From Azolla caroliniana (lineage: Eukaryota; Plantae; Polypodiophyta), in NCBI GenBank assembly GCA_043228905.1, contig JBHGNT010000002.1, positions 28,339,210 to 28,403,209 on the forward strand: DNA of 64,000 bases, read 5' to 3'. Each line of letters opens with the position of its first letter. Position 1 is the stretch's first letter. Positions 51,905 to 64,000 of the stretch are shown piece by piece. Below the pieces are notes generated by a model, which was given only the letters and a program-made list of their open reading frames with translations, did no database searches and was not told the origin of the DNA. A program made the translations under genes and the position numbers.

Positions 51905-53914
51905 TTACATTGCCTTTGACCATATCCTAGATGATAATGTTGTCATATCAAAATATGTCCTACAAAGGTAAGCATGTTAAAACATTCTTATATTTTTGAT
52001 AATTTATAAACATAAAAATCCCCACAACGTTCCTCCATAAGAGCTTACCAAATCATGCATTTCAAGAAATCGTTGTGGCTTGTGGTTGCCTCAAGACACC
52101 CAAGGAACTAACAATGTTACATATTTGTGAAGCTCAATTCCATGACCCTTCTCTATTTGACCCAAACCAATATGGACCAATATGAGTTGAATCAAGTCAT
52201 CCATATATGAATGCACTTGGAATTAAACATAACTAACTTAGTTATATTGTACATGATTTGAAGATCGTAGGTAATTCATAAGCAACCAATAACTTGTATT
52301 CATTGTTATGAGTTCTCATGTGAGGCCCATGCTCAATGCCCCATAATCAAAAGATCATGCATACCAAGTTTGCTAATTGATCCTAAAACTATCCTAGTCA
52401 TTTGAAATATATATCGTCCAACACTTTGGATGCTCAAGAAAATATCTACTAAACTAAGATATGGAAGACTGTTGTAGAATACATTCACTTAAATAAGACA
52501 TATAGCTTCGCCAATTCTTGTTACTTTTATAGAAGTTTGCACTCATAATTAGGTGCTATGATTCATGAAGATGTATATATAGCTTATGTATAAACCCCAA
52601 AAATGATAAGAAATCACAATAAGAACATTCATAACAAAATCCCAAGTGATGAATGCAATCTTCACCTTTAGTTCACATGATGCTATTCAAGCTTGATACA
52701 CTGAATTTTTAATGCATACAAACTTGGTGAAAGTCATTTGCAACCCCAATGAAAGATCTTTGTGATAATCATATGATATAGAAGGATAATTCTTAGAACA
52801 CATTCACTTTTGGACATAAAAGAAACCATAGCTTATGTGTTGACACCAAAGCTTAAATCAAAGAAGGTTGCTTGATGGAACTTGGATCTTAACTAGTGAC
52901 CGAAATGGGTTCGGCATAACAGGGTGGCTAATACGCAAACCAACATTTTGAAGGATGTGCTTCACATTAGCACGACACAACTCTTAATAAATTAGTGAAG
53001 AAAGTAGAATATGTTGATCCTTTAAAGCTTTGAGTGCACTCAATCATGCCACACAAGTATGAATACATCACTTGATATGTTTATCTCGTCTTGATACCAT
53101 CTGTTCATGACAGTCAAACACAATTTGTGTCTATATAACAAACTGGTGCAAGATATAGACACCGGAACCTCAAGCCAAATCATGATCATGTGAGTGGTTC
53201 CTAACTTGCCTAGCAAGTTTGAAAGCTCTGGTAACATGGGTAGCAACAATAAAAAAATCATCACGCATATGACGATAATTCAAATGGGTATTATTTGAAA
53301 CACACATGTGTGGATAGCCTTAATGCATGCATATATGTAGCCACCTCAGCTCATCCAATGAAGGATTAGGAGTTCCACCATCATAAGGATAGGATATATA
53401 TACATAATATCACATCAAGGGACGGAAACCCCTTATGCCCATCCACTTTTAACCCTAGTGTTTTAACCATCTTCGGATGTGCTAAAGGACGATTGAGACT
53501 CAATACTGAAATGGACTCTCGACACACCGTCTACTTTTAACCCTATAATTGTTTTAACCATCTTCGGATGTGATAAAGAACAATTGAGACTCAATACTGA
53601 TAGGAACCCTCAAGACACCTTCCATAGGTATAGAGTTCAAGCGTAGACAAGACACCGCCTCTCGATGTGATCGTAGAGAAGCATAGTAAGGCGCAGGGCT
53701 AATATTAAGGTGGATGATATATGAAAAAAAGCGGCTTTGATTCACTCGCGTATACATACGTTAAACAAGCGTTGTGGGTGAAGAAGCTTCCTCCATGGAT
53801 TTGTGAGGTAGAGAGCCGAACAATTTCTCTGTATCCGGCTTTGACGAAAGCAGAGGAGATCGACGCCACCGTTGTGAGGTGAGAATGAGGAGAAAGGGGA
53901 GGAAAGATGGTCAT
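51905..53914 (-). pseudogene. Putative multi-exon pseudogene of unknown family
   Basis: ATG at 53914 with Ser/Thr-rich N-terminus; GT-AG intron 53759-53699 keeps frame; further short AG...GT-bounded segments read as protein-like text but carry stops. Confidence 0.4.
53445..53622. repeat. Tandem duplication, ~90-bp period
   Basis: acttttaacccta...gttttaaccatcttcggatgtg...attgagactcaatactga twice. Confidence 0.8.
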
Positions 53915-54100
53915 GAAAACTTCAAATCTGTCAATAAGAGCACCCAATTGTTGTTTGAAATGGCATATCCATGGCTATAAATATAAGGAGGATGGATTTT
54001 GTTTGCCATGTTTCATGGAAAAAGGAAAGACGGGTAGAATGTGAGATCATACTAAGAACAACAAACTAAGGAAGAGGTTATACAGAGAGAAAGCCAAGCC

Positions 54101-54188
54101 ATACTTCAGTGTTAAATGAAAGTCAGAGCTCAGTAGTTACTAGTATACTTCACTGTTAAATGAAATTCAGAGCTCAGTAGTTACTAGT
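54101..54188. repeat. 44-bp tandem duplication next to the MITE
   Basis: tacttca.tgttaaatgaaa.tcagagctcagtagttactagta twice. Confidence 0.85.
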
Positions 54189-54702
54189 AGCGATGGGCCC
54201 GGCCCGGTTCAGTTTTTTTTCCTTAGAAACCAAACCAAACTGAACCAAACCATTTATATAAAACAAAAACCAAACCAAACTGTTTATGAACTTTCAAGCC
54301 ATTAAACCAAACCATTTAAGAAAAAGGAATCAAAACTGTTTAGGGAAAAGTTGAAACCAAATCGAGTCATTTAATAAAAAGTTTAAACCTAACCATATTA
54401 AAGTTAAACTAATTAAAAAATTAAATAAATAAAAATATACTAAATTAAATAAGCATGGATTAAATCAATAAAAAACATTAATTAAACCATTAAATTACAT
54501 AAACATTTAAGGGATAAAAAAAGTTAGCCCAAAAACCTATAAACCGATAAACCCCAGTTTCAGAACCAAACCGAACTAAAATCGAACCGTTTATTAATAA
54601 TTAAAACCAAACCAAACCATTTAATTATTTTGGAACTTATAAACCTTTAAACCATGGCTTAATGATTCGGGTTGGTTTGAGCTGAAATCGGGCCCATTGC
54701 TA
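54188..54702. mobile_element. hAT-type MITE
   Basis: Perfect 8-bp TSD gttactag; TIRs tagcgatgggcccg / cgggcccattgcta; many aaacc subterminal motifs. Confidence 0.9.
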
Positions 54703-56683
54703 GTTACTAGTAGTAGGTAGTAATAGTAGTACATACTTCAAAGGGACAACATTGTAATTTGTAACAATGCTCACATGGTACATGTGGATGCCCAAGTAGC
54801 TTGCTACTTGGAGTTATTTGATACTTTCTAAAGATGCATGCCTATTACTCCCACCGTTAGCCTAAGAAACGTTCCTTATGTGGCACACTTCCCTTTCATC
54901 TCCACTCAATTGTTAGTTTGGCTCACCATCCCAATGATTTCTTTACGGGGTAGAATTGTTATTTACAAAAAAATATACAGGGGTGGGTGGATTTAATCTT
55001 AATTACCCTTGCGTTTCCATTTAAGAAATTTCATCCAAGATTTTATTGAAGGAAAAAACACTAAAATACCCCTAAAGGTTTTTCTTTAATCCCCCCCTCA
55101 AATTACGCATTTTTCTTGGTTATTTCTATGAGTTAGTTCCCTTGGCAAAGTGCCAAGAGAGCAACAATATATACATATGGTGATTTCGTCCACCTCCCCT
55201 TACTTTTAGTAATGGTGAGGAGGGCAGTGTGGGAGATAATGAGAACCCAAGGGCACTTTATTTCGGGAAAATAAATTATAAGGGAAAGCGCAGGAGTATT
55301 TCCGAGATTTTTAACTTTCATCTATTCGACGGGTAAGTATGTATGTATGTAATGGGAACAAACCAAACGAACGGATTTGCAAAACAATATCCCCGAATTA
55401 ATCCATAGCCTCTTTTTCTCTCTAGATTTATTTGAGAAATGAGACGGAAAAAATCGACGGTACAAAATTCTCCTATTTTTGCTTGCTACTAGTTTTCACT
55501 CCCTATACACACATACACATTACAGTCTACAGATACTCTTATTCAGATCCTGGTAGAAATCTATGGTTTCATCCGGTTGATCATTCCAGAAAGTTATTGT
55601 GTGCTTCTTCGGTGAAGGTTCACCTCACCTTAAGCCATTCTCCATTTCTCGATAATTCCCTGATTTTCTTTATTTTCCCAAATGACCCTGAGTTTTTGCT
55701 TTTTAACCCATGCCCTCGGGCACCCCAAAACACAGAAATATTGTTTATGCTACTGTTGTAAGCAATTATTTATGCAAGCTCTCTCATTTCCACAGGTATT
55801 CAGGAAATCTGTGGGCATCTGTTCATCATAGAAGTCAGGTGAAAGGTGTGATTGAAATCCACAACAAACCCATGGTAGTTTTTTCAATATTGCAATATGG
55901 CCCTCCAGGAAATAACCGAAATTCATGGGCGTTTGTCGATCACAGCAGTTAAATGAAAGAAAGCATGGTTGAGATCAGCAGCTCGCCCATCATAATTTTA
56001 TCGATATTGCAATATTCCCCTCCTTGAGTATTGGATTCAGGTATCTTCTTTCATGGTCCTTTTCAATGCATGATGAATGTTGTAGCACTTGTCTAAAGGC
56101 ATTTAGTTTTTAGGATTTTCCATTTTGAGAAGGCATATGATATCTGTGGAATACGCTAGTTTCCGCTTGGATCCTGTGAATGAAGTCCATTGCTAAAACA
56201 ATATGTGGATATAACAGTGGGAACGTATAGATATTTTCTTAGCTTACATCAGAGTTTGGTATCATTTTGGCATGGCCTATAAATGATTTATTTTTTTCTT
56301 TTTTGTGTCTAGGTATAGGAAGCATATGTCTGGCTGCACAGAGCAGTTTTGTCTAATTTGAGATCAGTAAAATTTAGTCGGCCCAAGGGACTTCGTATGT
56401 GGCCATGATTATGAGACACACCTTTGATTGTTGAACAGGGGCTTTTCTAGGAGTTATCAAATGGCTCCAGACAAAGAGAAAAATCCTGAGCCTTAATCTC
56501 TGAACACGTCATGGTACATGGTCCACACCAACTCAGTTCCCCGATAGGTGACGTTTTTGTCCCCAAATGGAGCCACAGATGTTGTCACATGTACATTGAT
56601 CTTTTAATGTGTAACGAAGGCTTAAGATTGTGGTATTATATAGACATCCAAGTTTCCAAGGTTCTTGGAAATACAACTCACAA

Positions 56684-59600
56684 ATGGCATCAAATGTCTC
56701 TTCTCAAGTAGTGCTCTTATGGAGAAAATACTTTACGGATCCTTCGCAATGGGTGGATCACAAAAGGATCAAGGTTAGTATATTGGTGTTTTGCCTAATT
56801 ATTTTCTTGCTTGTTTTAGATATAGAAAAGACTTATGTTTTGGCAGACTAGCGCAAGATGCCCAGATTTTATACATAAAATTACAAAGGATTCTTTATGG
56901 ATTCATAGTGAGAAAAATCCTTTTTGGGTTTTTGAAGAGATGAAAAAGAGAGTCGAGACAAACAAAGAAGAACTTGGCGAAAAAGAGAGAAACAATCGGA
57001 ATGACTATGATAATAAGGAGGGTATTGCTTATGTAGAATTGCTTAAATCTTGTGCTAGAAGGAAGGACCTTGTAAAAGGTACTAGTATACATGATGATAT
57101 TCTTGAGAAAGGATTGCTCGTAAAGTTTCCTTATTTAGGAAGCACTTTGGTGAATATGTATGCGAAATGTGGCGCTTTGGCAAAAGCACAACATGTACAT
57201 GATGAGCTTCTTGTTCACAATGCAGTCTCTTGGAATTCTCTTATTGCGGGGTATGCTCAACAAGGGCAAGGTAAAGATGCATTAAAGTGTTATGAATTCA
57301 TGGAAAGAGATGGTTATTCTCCGGACGTCATCACCTTCACGTGTGTATTGAAAGCATGTGGTAGTACACGAGCAATAGAGAAAGGCAAGCAAATTCATAA
57401 GGAGATTGTTAGCAAAGGACTCTTGATAAAAGACCCGCTTCTTGGCACTGCTTTGGTTGATATGTATGCAAAATGTGGCGATATGGGGAAAGCATCACAA
57501 GTATTTGATGAACTTCTTGTTCAAGATGTTGTCTCTTGGAATGCGTTGATTGCAGGATATGCCCAACAAGGACAAGGTGAAGAGGCATTAACTAGTTTTG
57601 AAAGGATGGAAAGTACTGGTGTTTCTCCAAATGTGATCACATTCACTTGCATCTTGAAGGCATGTGGCATTACAGGAGCGATAGAGAAGGGCAAACAAAT
57701 CCATGATGAGATTGTCAATAAAGGGCTGCTCAAAAAAGATAACGTTCTCAGAACTGCTTTAGTAGATATGTATGCAAAATGTGGCGATCTAGGAAAAGCA
57801 CGGCAGTTGTTTGATGAACTTCTTATTCGAGATGTGGTCTCTTGGAATACCCTAATTGCAGGATATGCACAGCAAGGGCAAGCTGAATGTGCATTACAGT
57901 CGTACGAGTGTATGCTTAAAGATGGACTTTCTCCTGATGCCATCACATTCAATTGCATATTGAAAGCATGTGGCTGCATAAAGGCACTGGATAAAGGGAA
58001 AAAAATACATGAAGAGATTAAAAGCATGGGATTGCTAGAGAAGCATACAATCCTGGGCAATGCTTTGGTAGATATGTATGCGAAATGTGGTGAGCTTATA
58101 AAAGCCCAAGAGGTTTTTGATGAGCTTCGTGTACAAGATGTAGTCTCTTGGAATGCATTGATATCAGGGTATGTACAACTGGGGCAGTGTGATGAAGCGT
58201 TGAACTGTTTTCAACGAATGCAACGTGATAATATGTCTCCAAATGTGATCACCTTCATTTGCATCCTTAAGGCCTGTGGTAGTATAGGAGCAATTAATGT
58301 AGGAAAGGAAATTCATAATGACATTGTTCATACAAGATTGCTGGAAAAAGATACTGTCCTGGGAACTGCTCTGGTGGATATGTATGCCAAGTGTGGTGAG
58401 CCAGGAGAAGCATATGAAGTATTCAAGGTACTTCCTATGCGTGATATTGTTACATGGTCAGCACTCATCACTGGGTATGGCCAACGAGGCTTGGGTCAGG
58501 AAGCTTTAGATTGCTTTGATAGGATGCGAAACGAGGGCCTTTCTGCTGATGCAGTCACCTTCGTTTCCATGTTAAAGGCATGTGGAAATGAAGGAGACAT
58601 TGGCAAAGGCAAACAAATCCATCACATCATTATCAGTGAGGGACTATTGAAGGAGGATGCTGTTTTGGGTAACGCTTTGGTAGATATGTATGCCAAGTGT
58701 GGTGAACTACAAAGAGCACAACAAGTGTTTGAGGAGCTTCCTGCACGGGGTGTAGTGTCATGGAATGCTTTAATTGCAGGGTATGTCCAGCAGGAGCAAG
58801 GTGAAGATGCATTAGTCTGTTTTGAGCGGATGCAAAATGATGGAACTTCACCAAATGCAATCACTTTTACTAGTATCTTGAAAGCATGTGGAAGCACAGG
58901 AGCACTTGAAAAGGGGGAAATGATTCACGATGAGATTGTAAACAAGCACCTATTAGAAAAGCATTTTGCACTTGGCAATGCATTGGTGGACATGTATGCC
59001 AAATGTGGTGCACTGGAAAAAGCACAGAAAGTACAAGATGGGCTTCCTATTCGGGATGCAATCTCGTGGTCTGCAGTTATTGCAGGGTATACACAAAGAG
59101 GGCAGGGTCAAGAAGCTCTAGATAGTTTTGAGCGGATGAAAAATGAAGGAATCTCACCAGATACAGTTAGCTTCACTTGTGCCTTGAAAGCATGTGGCGA
59201 CATTGGGTCCCTTGATAAGGGTGAACAAATTCATGATGACATTATGAGCACAGGATTGTTTGGAAAGGATGCTGCTCTTGGAACTGCACTGGTTGATATG
59301 TATGCCAAATGTGGGAAGCTAGAAAAGGCACAAAAAGTGTTTGAAGCGCTTCCTGAGCATGGTATAGTTCCTTGGAATGCATTAATTGCAGGATATGCCC
59401 GACATGGATATGATGAAGATGCAATAAATTGTTTTGAAAAGCTGCAGAGCAACGGTCTCTCTCCAAATGAAGTCACCTTTTCCTGTATTATGAAAGCGTT
59501 TGGTAGCACAGGAGCCCTTGAGAAAGCCAAACAAATTCATTATGAAATTGAGAATAGAGGATTGCTAGAAAAATACAGCATGCTTGGCAACTCTTTAGTG

Positions 59601-60488
59601 GATATGTATGCTAAATGTGGTGAACTTGAAAAGGCACAACGGGTGTTCGATAAACTTACTGTGCGAGATATAGTGTCATGGAATGCTCTAATTGCAGGAT
59701 ATGTTCAACAAGGCCAAAGTGACCAAGCACTAAACTATTTCGAATGGATGCGAAAAGACGGGTATTCTCCAGATGTGATAACATTCACTAGCATCTTGAA
59801 GGCCTGTGCAAACAAAAGAGCCATTGATAAGGGCAAACAAATTCATGATGAGATTGTGAGTAAAGGGCTGTTGGAACAATATATTGTGCTTGGGAATGCT
59901 CTGATTGACATGTATGCCAAATGTGGTATGTTGGATAAAGCACAGCAAGTGTTCGATGAGCTTCCAATTCGAGATGTGGTTTCTTGGAATGCTTTGATAT
60001 CAGGATATGCTGAACAAGGGCAAGGGAGCAAAGCATTGAAATGTTTCGAGTGTATGAAACGTGGAAACATCTCTCCTGATGAGGTTACATTTGTATGTGT
60101 GCTAAGCGCATGTAGTCATTCGGGTCTTGTGGATGAAGGGCAGCTTTATTTTGCCGATATGAGTGAGAAATATGGCATAACACCAGACATACAACATGAA
60201 ACATGTATGATTGATCTTTTTGGGAGAGTTGGGCATTTTGATAAGGCGATGGCGTTGATTGAAAAGATGCATTCTTTAGATTATCCAGTGTGGTGCGCTC
60301 TATTAGGTGCATGTGAAAAGTGGGGCAATGTAAATCTCGGAAGGTTAGCATTTGAAAAAGCTATAAAGCTGGGTAATGCTAATGCTGCTGGAGCTTATAC
60401 TTGCATGGCTAATATTTATGCTGCTGCGGGCCTTGAAGAGGATGCGAAAAACATTGAAGCCATGAGACTAAAGCTATCTTCTTATTGA
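56684..60488 (+). CDS. PLS-class PPR protein (E-type, no DYW) with N-terminal OSB-like PDF motif; exons 56684-56773 and 56847-60488, ~1243 aa; further 5' exons possible
   Basis: Ten ~101-aa L-S-P triplets (MYAKCG, VVSWNALIAGY, SPDVITF..ILKAC), then VLSACSHSGLVDEG, MIDLFGRVG and VWCALLGAC E motifs; phase-0 intron aag|gttagt...tggcag|act. Confidence 0.93.
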
Positions 60489-60886
60489 CATGTAAGATGG
60501 TCTATAAAAATGATTTTTTGTTGGATTTACCGACCAAAAGATTAAAATATATGCAATGTTGATGAAAAGCAAAGGAATGGTTATGCCTTTAGGCCACAAC
60601 AATATGATATATCATATATGTACCCTGGGCAGCTGACCTTTCCCTATCACATTCTAGTAATCATGGCTTCTAGAGTGATGTGGCTTTTGCCCTACTTTGA
60701 ATATTCTTCAAAGATGCTTCAAAAGGAAGTCTTTGGTTCCTATTATACCATAAGTTAATCACAATTGAATAGTTTTACCTGACCTTGAAAAGACATCTGA
60801 TTCTCTTATCTTGCAACCGTTGATCTAAGAGAAGGTAGAATGATAAAAAGATAAAAGGGAAAAACTCTGAAATATACTTGGTTTAC

Positions 60887-60890
60887 CCCC

Positions 60891-60920
<30 letters not shown>
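60887..60920. repeat. Poly-C followed by poly-A homopolymer
   Basis: Directly visible. Confidence 0.9.
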
Positions 60921-60921
<1 letters not shown>

Positions 60922-62708
60922 GAAAGAAAGGGCCATTCAAGAAATTAATGAAAACTCGGTGCGTCTAGATATAAGGAATCAACAGAAAACTTAGGCTGAT
61001 TTGGGGAAACAACTGAAATATTGGGAGTATCTTGGAGTTACAGCCCAAGGAAACAAAAAAATTGAAAACAATAATTGGTGTTACTATTAGCTTTATACAA
61101 TTTTAATTATACTTTGTGCAATTCATGCACACAACCTAGTTATCTTGTTTGTGAATCATGTGAACATAATCAATGTATCGCTAATAATTGACCAAAAAAT
61201 CTTTAATATTGTTGCACATTGTATTGAAATGTGAAATGAAGGTTTTTAACATAAGGACCAATTATATTGTAAGATCTCCAGGAACCTACAGCATGAAACC
61301 TCTAAGATTAAGTACATTTCTTTGTTCCCTTTTGTATATATTAAAATGAATTATTTATGTTGATGTTGAGTGTCCAAACAACAAGGCATAATTTAGAACG
61401 TTATTGAAGCAGGAAAAAGACAGGCATATGCTATAATTTTGTAAACTACAAAAATGAAAAAAGTTTGCTTGTTTATTTTGGAGATAATTGAAATTATGCT
61501 CAATATTGAGGTCGTAATTGAATGAGAACGCATAATTAAAGAACTTTAGATATATTTAAAATATATGTCAATTTAATTGTCCTAATAAACATATCTTTAG
61601 AATATGCATGAGCGTACTTAAGGATAACCTTTAGCCTAAGTTACCTTATAAGTTATAGTATCAATTTATGTAACGTCAACTTAAAATAAGCAATAAATGA
61701 AAGTCGGTTTTTAGTATTTTTAATTAATGTAGACCTACTTTCTAACTACAAATAACTTGTAAAGTAGGTTATTAATTCTCCCAATTACTGTATGACCCAT
61801 TTTCTAATAATAAACAAATTACCTTCTAAGCAAATCAAGGTATGTAAGCCCTACTTAATACTTCCAAAGAAGTTAATTAGCAAATGGAAGCATTGCGGAA
61901 GCTCGTTCCCTCATTTAAACTCTCATGTGATCAAGAGCCCCAACATTGACCAATCATATTTTCTAACTTATAAGCATATGTCGATATCTAAGGTTTAACT
62001 TATAAGCATATGTCGATATCTAAGGTTTAAAAGTTTTGGATTGATCCAATAGTTTTCACTAATAAAAAAACTACACGAATAATATGTTGGTAAAGATGAA
62101 AAGTCTAAAGTCTAACATAAAGCAAGGGCTTGCGAATTTGGATAGTTGTTTTTTTTTATCTCTCAAGGTGGAGTGCTCAAACCACAAAGCATAACTTGCA
62201 AGGTTAGCAATGTAGTATGTGAGCTCTCTATAAGTTATGCCAAATGCTTACATGGTTCTTGTCATCTCCCTCTTCTCTGTTTATGTTCTTCTTAGCCACA
62301 TTGCATACTTAAATGTCATTATCAGATTTGTGTACATAGTTTTTTCGACATACTAGTAGTTTCTTCTAATACTTGGTTTTTTTTTTTACCATCCTCCTTT
62401 CCCAGGCAGGCTTCCCCAAATAACAAATTTAGTTAGTTCTATCCATTCCTTTTGAATACTACTAAATTGGTACTCTTTTTTCTGCACCACAAAGTTTGTG
62501 ATTACGCTAAACCCTAAATAAATTTCTTTCTATACTATACATCGCCTAACCCTAAATCTCTCCATCTCCCGAATTATCTCTCTGTGAAGAAGTCTTCTTT
62601 TTCGTCACCATAAGTTGTGTATAATCCCTAAATCCTAGTCTCTCTCTCAGAAGAAGAAGAAGAAGAAGAAGAAGAAGAATTTCTTCCGTTTCCTTCTCGC
62701 CTTTGAGA

Positions 62709-63078
62709 ATGTTCTTCTTCTTCCTCGGAGGAGTGAGGCAGCAGGTAACGGAGATATTGCAGAGGGACGTAAGTCGATGTCTTCGTTGTTCTTCTCCCGC
62801 TAATAAAGTTAGCTACGACAACGTTCTCGAGCTCTTCTTCGTTCCAATCTGGCGATGGCCTTCCCATGAACCTGCTCTTCACTGCAATAACTGTGGTTTC
62901 CTTCTTCCTCAGCATGGCCATGCAGACCATGGATCATCCTCGGCTTCAAGATTCCATGGCGATCTTCAGATACCTGATGGTGATGGTCATCCTTCCTTCG
63001 ATATGTTGGTCTTGCTCTGGCACTCTTCAGTCCTCATTCAAATTCTGTCCTTATTGCGGAGCTCGGCAAGGATTCTGA
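62709..63078 (+). CDS. Small double zinc-ribbon protein (zinc_ribbon_15-like), frameshifted as assembled; possible pseudogene
   Basis: MFFFFLGG...CLRC...LFFVPIWRWP...CNNC in one frame; CWSC...FKFCPYCG in the +1 frame; no GT-AG intron between them; telo-box aaaccctaa at 62509. Confidence 0.75.
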
Positions 63079-63629
63079 AAAGGAGAAGAAGAAACTCTTA
63101 ACCCTAAATGTCATTATAGAAATAGTTTAGCAAAGCCATAACCCTAAACCGCTATGGAACAAATAAGTCAAATCCTGACCCCAACCCGCCATGGAATAGT
63201 TCGCCGGACGTTAAACCTTTATATAAGAGAAACCTAGATTTAGCCGCCATTATAGAAAGCCCTACCCATAAACGACCATAGGGATGCTCGCACAGGTTTG
63301 AGGGAGGAGAAACCCTAACCCTCCATATGAAGCTTGCAACCCTAAACCATGTATAGAAACACGGAATTGCGGTGCCAAGGTTTTTCAGTAAAAAGCTATA
63401 ACACTAAACCGCCAAAGAAAAGCACTCTCATATCTACTGAGAAGGCAAACGAGAAACCCTAGCCGCCAGAGTAAAATTTCTCCATCTTCTCTGATGGCAA
63501 GTCCTAGTCCCAAAACCACCATGGGGGGATTTCTCTTCAGAAGCGTGCAAGCCCTAAATCGCCATAGCTAAGTTTGAAAGGATAGATATATACGTCTGTC
63601 TCTCTATTTGTATAAGAATTACATACATA

Positions 63630-63633
<4 letters not shown>

Positions 63634-63666
<33 letters not shown>
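63634..63666. repeat. (TG)n microsatellite
   Basis: Directly visible. Confidence 0.95.
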
Positions 63667-63667
<1 letters not shown>

Positions 63668-64000
63668 GTGGTTATTCTCTTCTGAATTAGTTGTTTGTGT
63701 AATATAATTAGTTCCTAATTCTCTCCTTTATGTTAATTCTGTTGTTACCTCTAGAACAAATTACGTCAATTGCTCGGTTACTGTCTCTGTTCCTAAACCC
63801 TAAACCTTGGGTTCCATCTAAGTGACTCTAAGGTTTTCTTGCAATGTGATATAAAATAATGCGATGTTGGATCTCTAGTAGGGTTGCGGGGATCATTGTC
63901 TGTCTCTTTGGGCATCACTAGATTAGGTTGTGCGTGTTGAATCTCTATAGGCATTATAGGTATTGGTGTAGAGGCAAATCTTTGGTATTCATATATTTTC

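Noticed and set aside
56835-56846. ATG at 56835 as the PPR start codon
   Set aside because: It lies inside the predicted intron; splicing restores a complete PDF motif.
57521-60351. Antisense ORFs within the PPR gene
   Set aside because: Shadow frames of the repetitive PPR coding sequence.
60887-60911. Poly-C as a functional G-quadruplex
   Set aside because: Plain homopolymer with unreliable length and no supporting context.

Overview
AT-rich land-plant nuclear DNA. A non-seed plant such as a fern is inferred from the Tcn1/sushi-like chromovirus and the very long PLS-type PPR array. 72-13571 is a nest of decayed LTR retrotransposons: copia A (+) contains inverted copia B, which contains a solo LTR and a 2-kb non-autonomous LTR element. 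Host genes are a 4-exon SLAC1/SLAH anion channel (17608-20287), an intronless membrane protein with a Pro-Asn-rich N-terminus (24693-26060), an SRPBCC/START-fold protein (36476-37180, -), a ~1240-aa PLS-E PPR protein (56684-60488) and a frameshifted double zinc-ribbon gene (62709-63078). Also present are a full-length degenerate gypsy chromovirus with TSDs (38734-45041), an internally deleted copia (48411-50777), two hAT-type MITEs, a LINE fragment and a probable multi-exon pseudogene. Best leads: (1) an OSB-type PDF ssDNA-binding motif spliced onto the PPR protein; (2) Ser in place of the gating Phe in the SLAC1/SLAH channel; (3) a self-priming PBS and a -1 frameshift/pseudoknot signal in the chromovirus; (4) a covarying hairpin enclosing the PPT in three copia families; (5) an extended terminal repeat suggesting the nested copia moved as one unit. 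Everything was read by eye; no searches were run.
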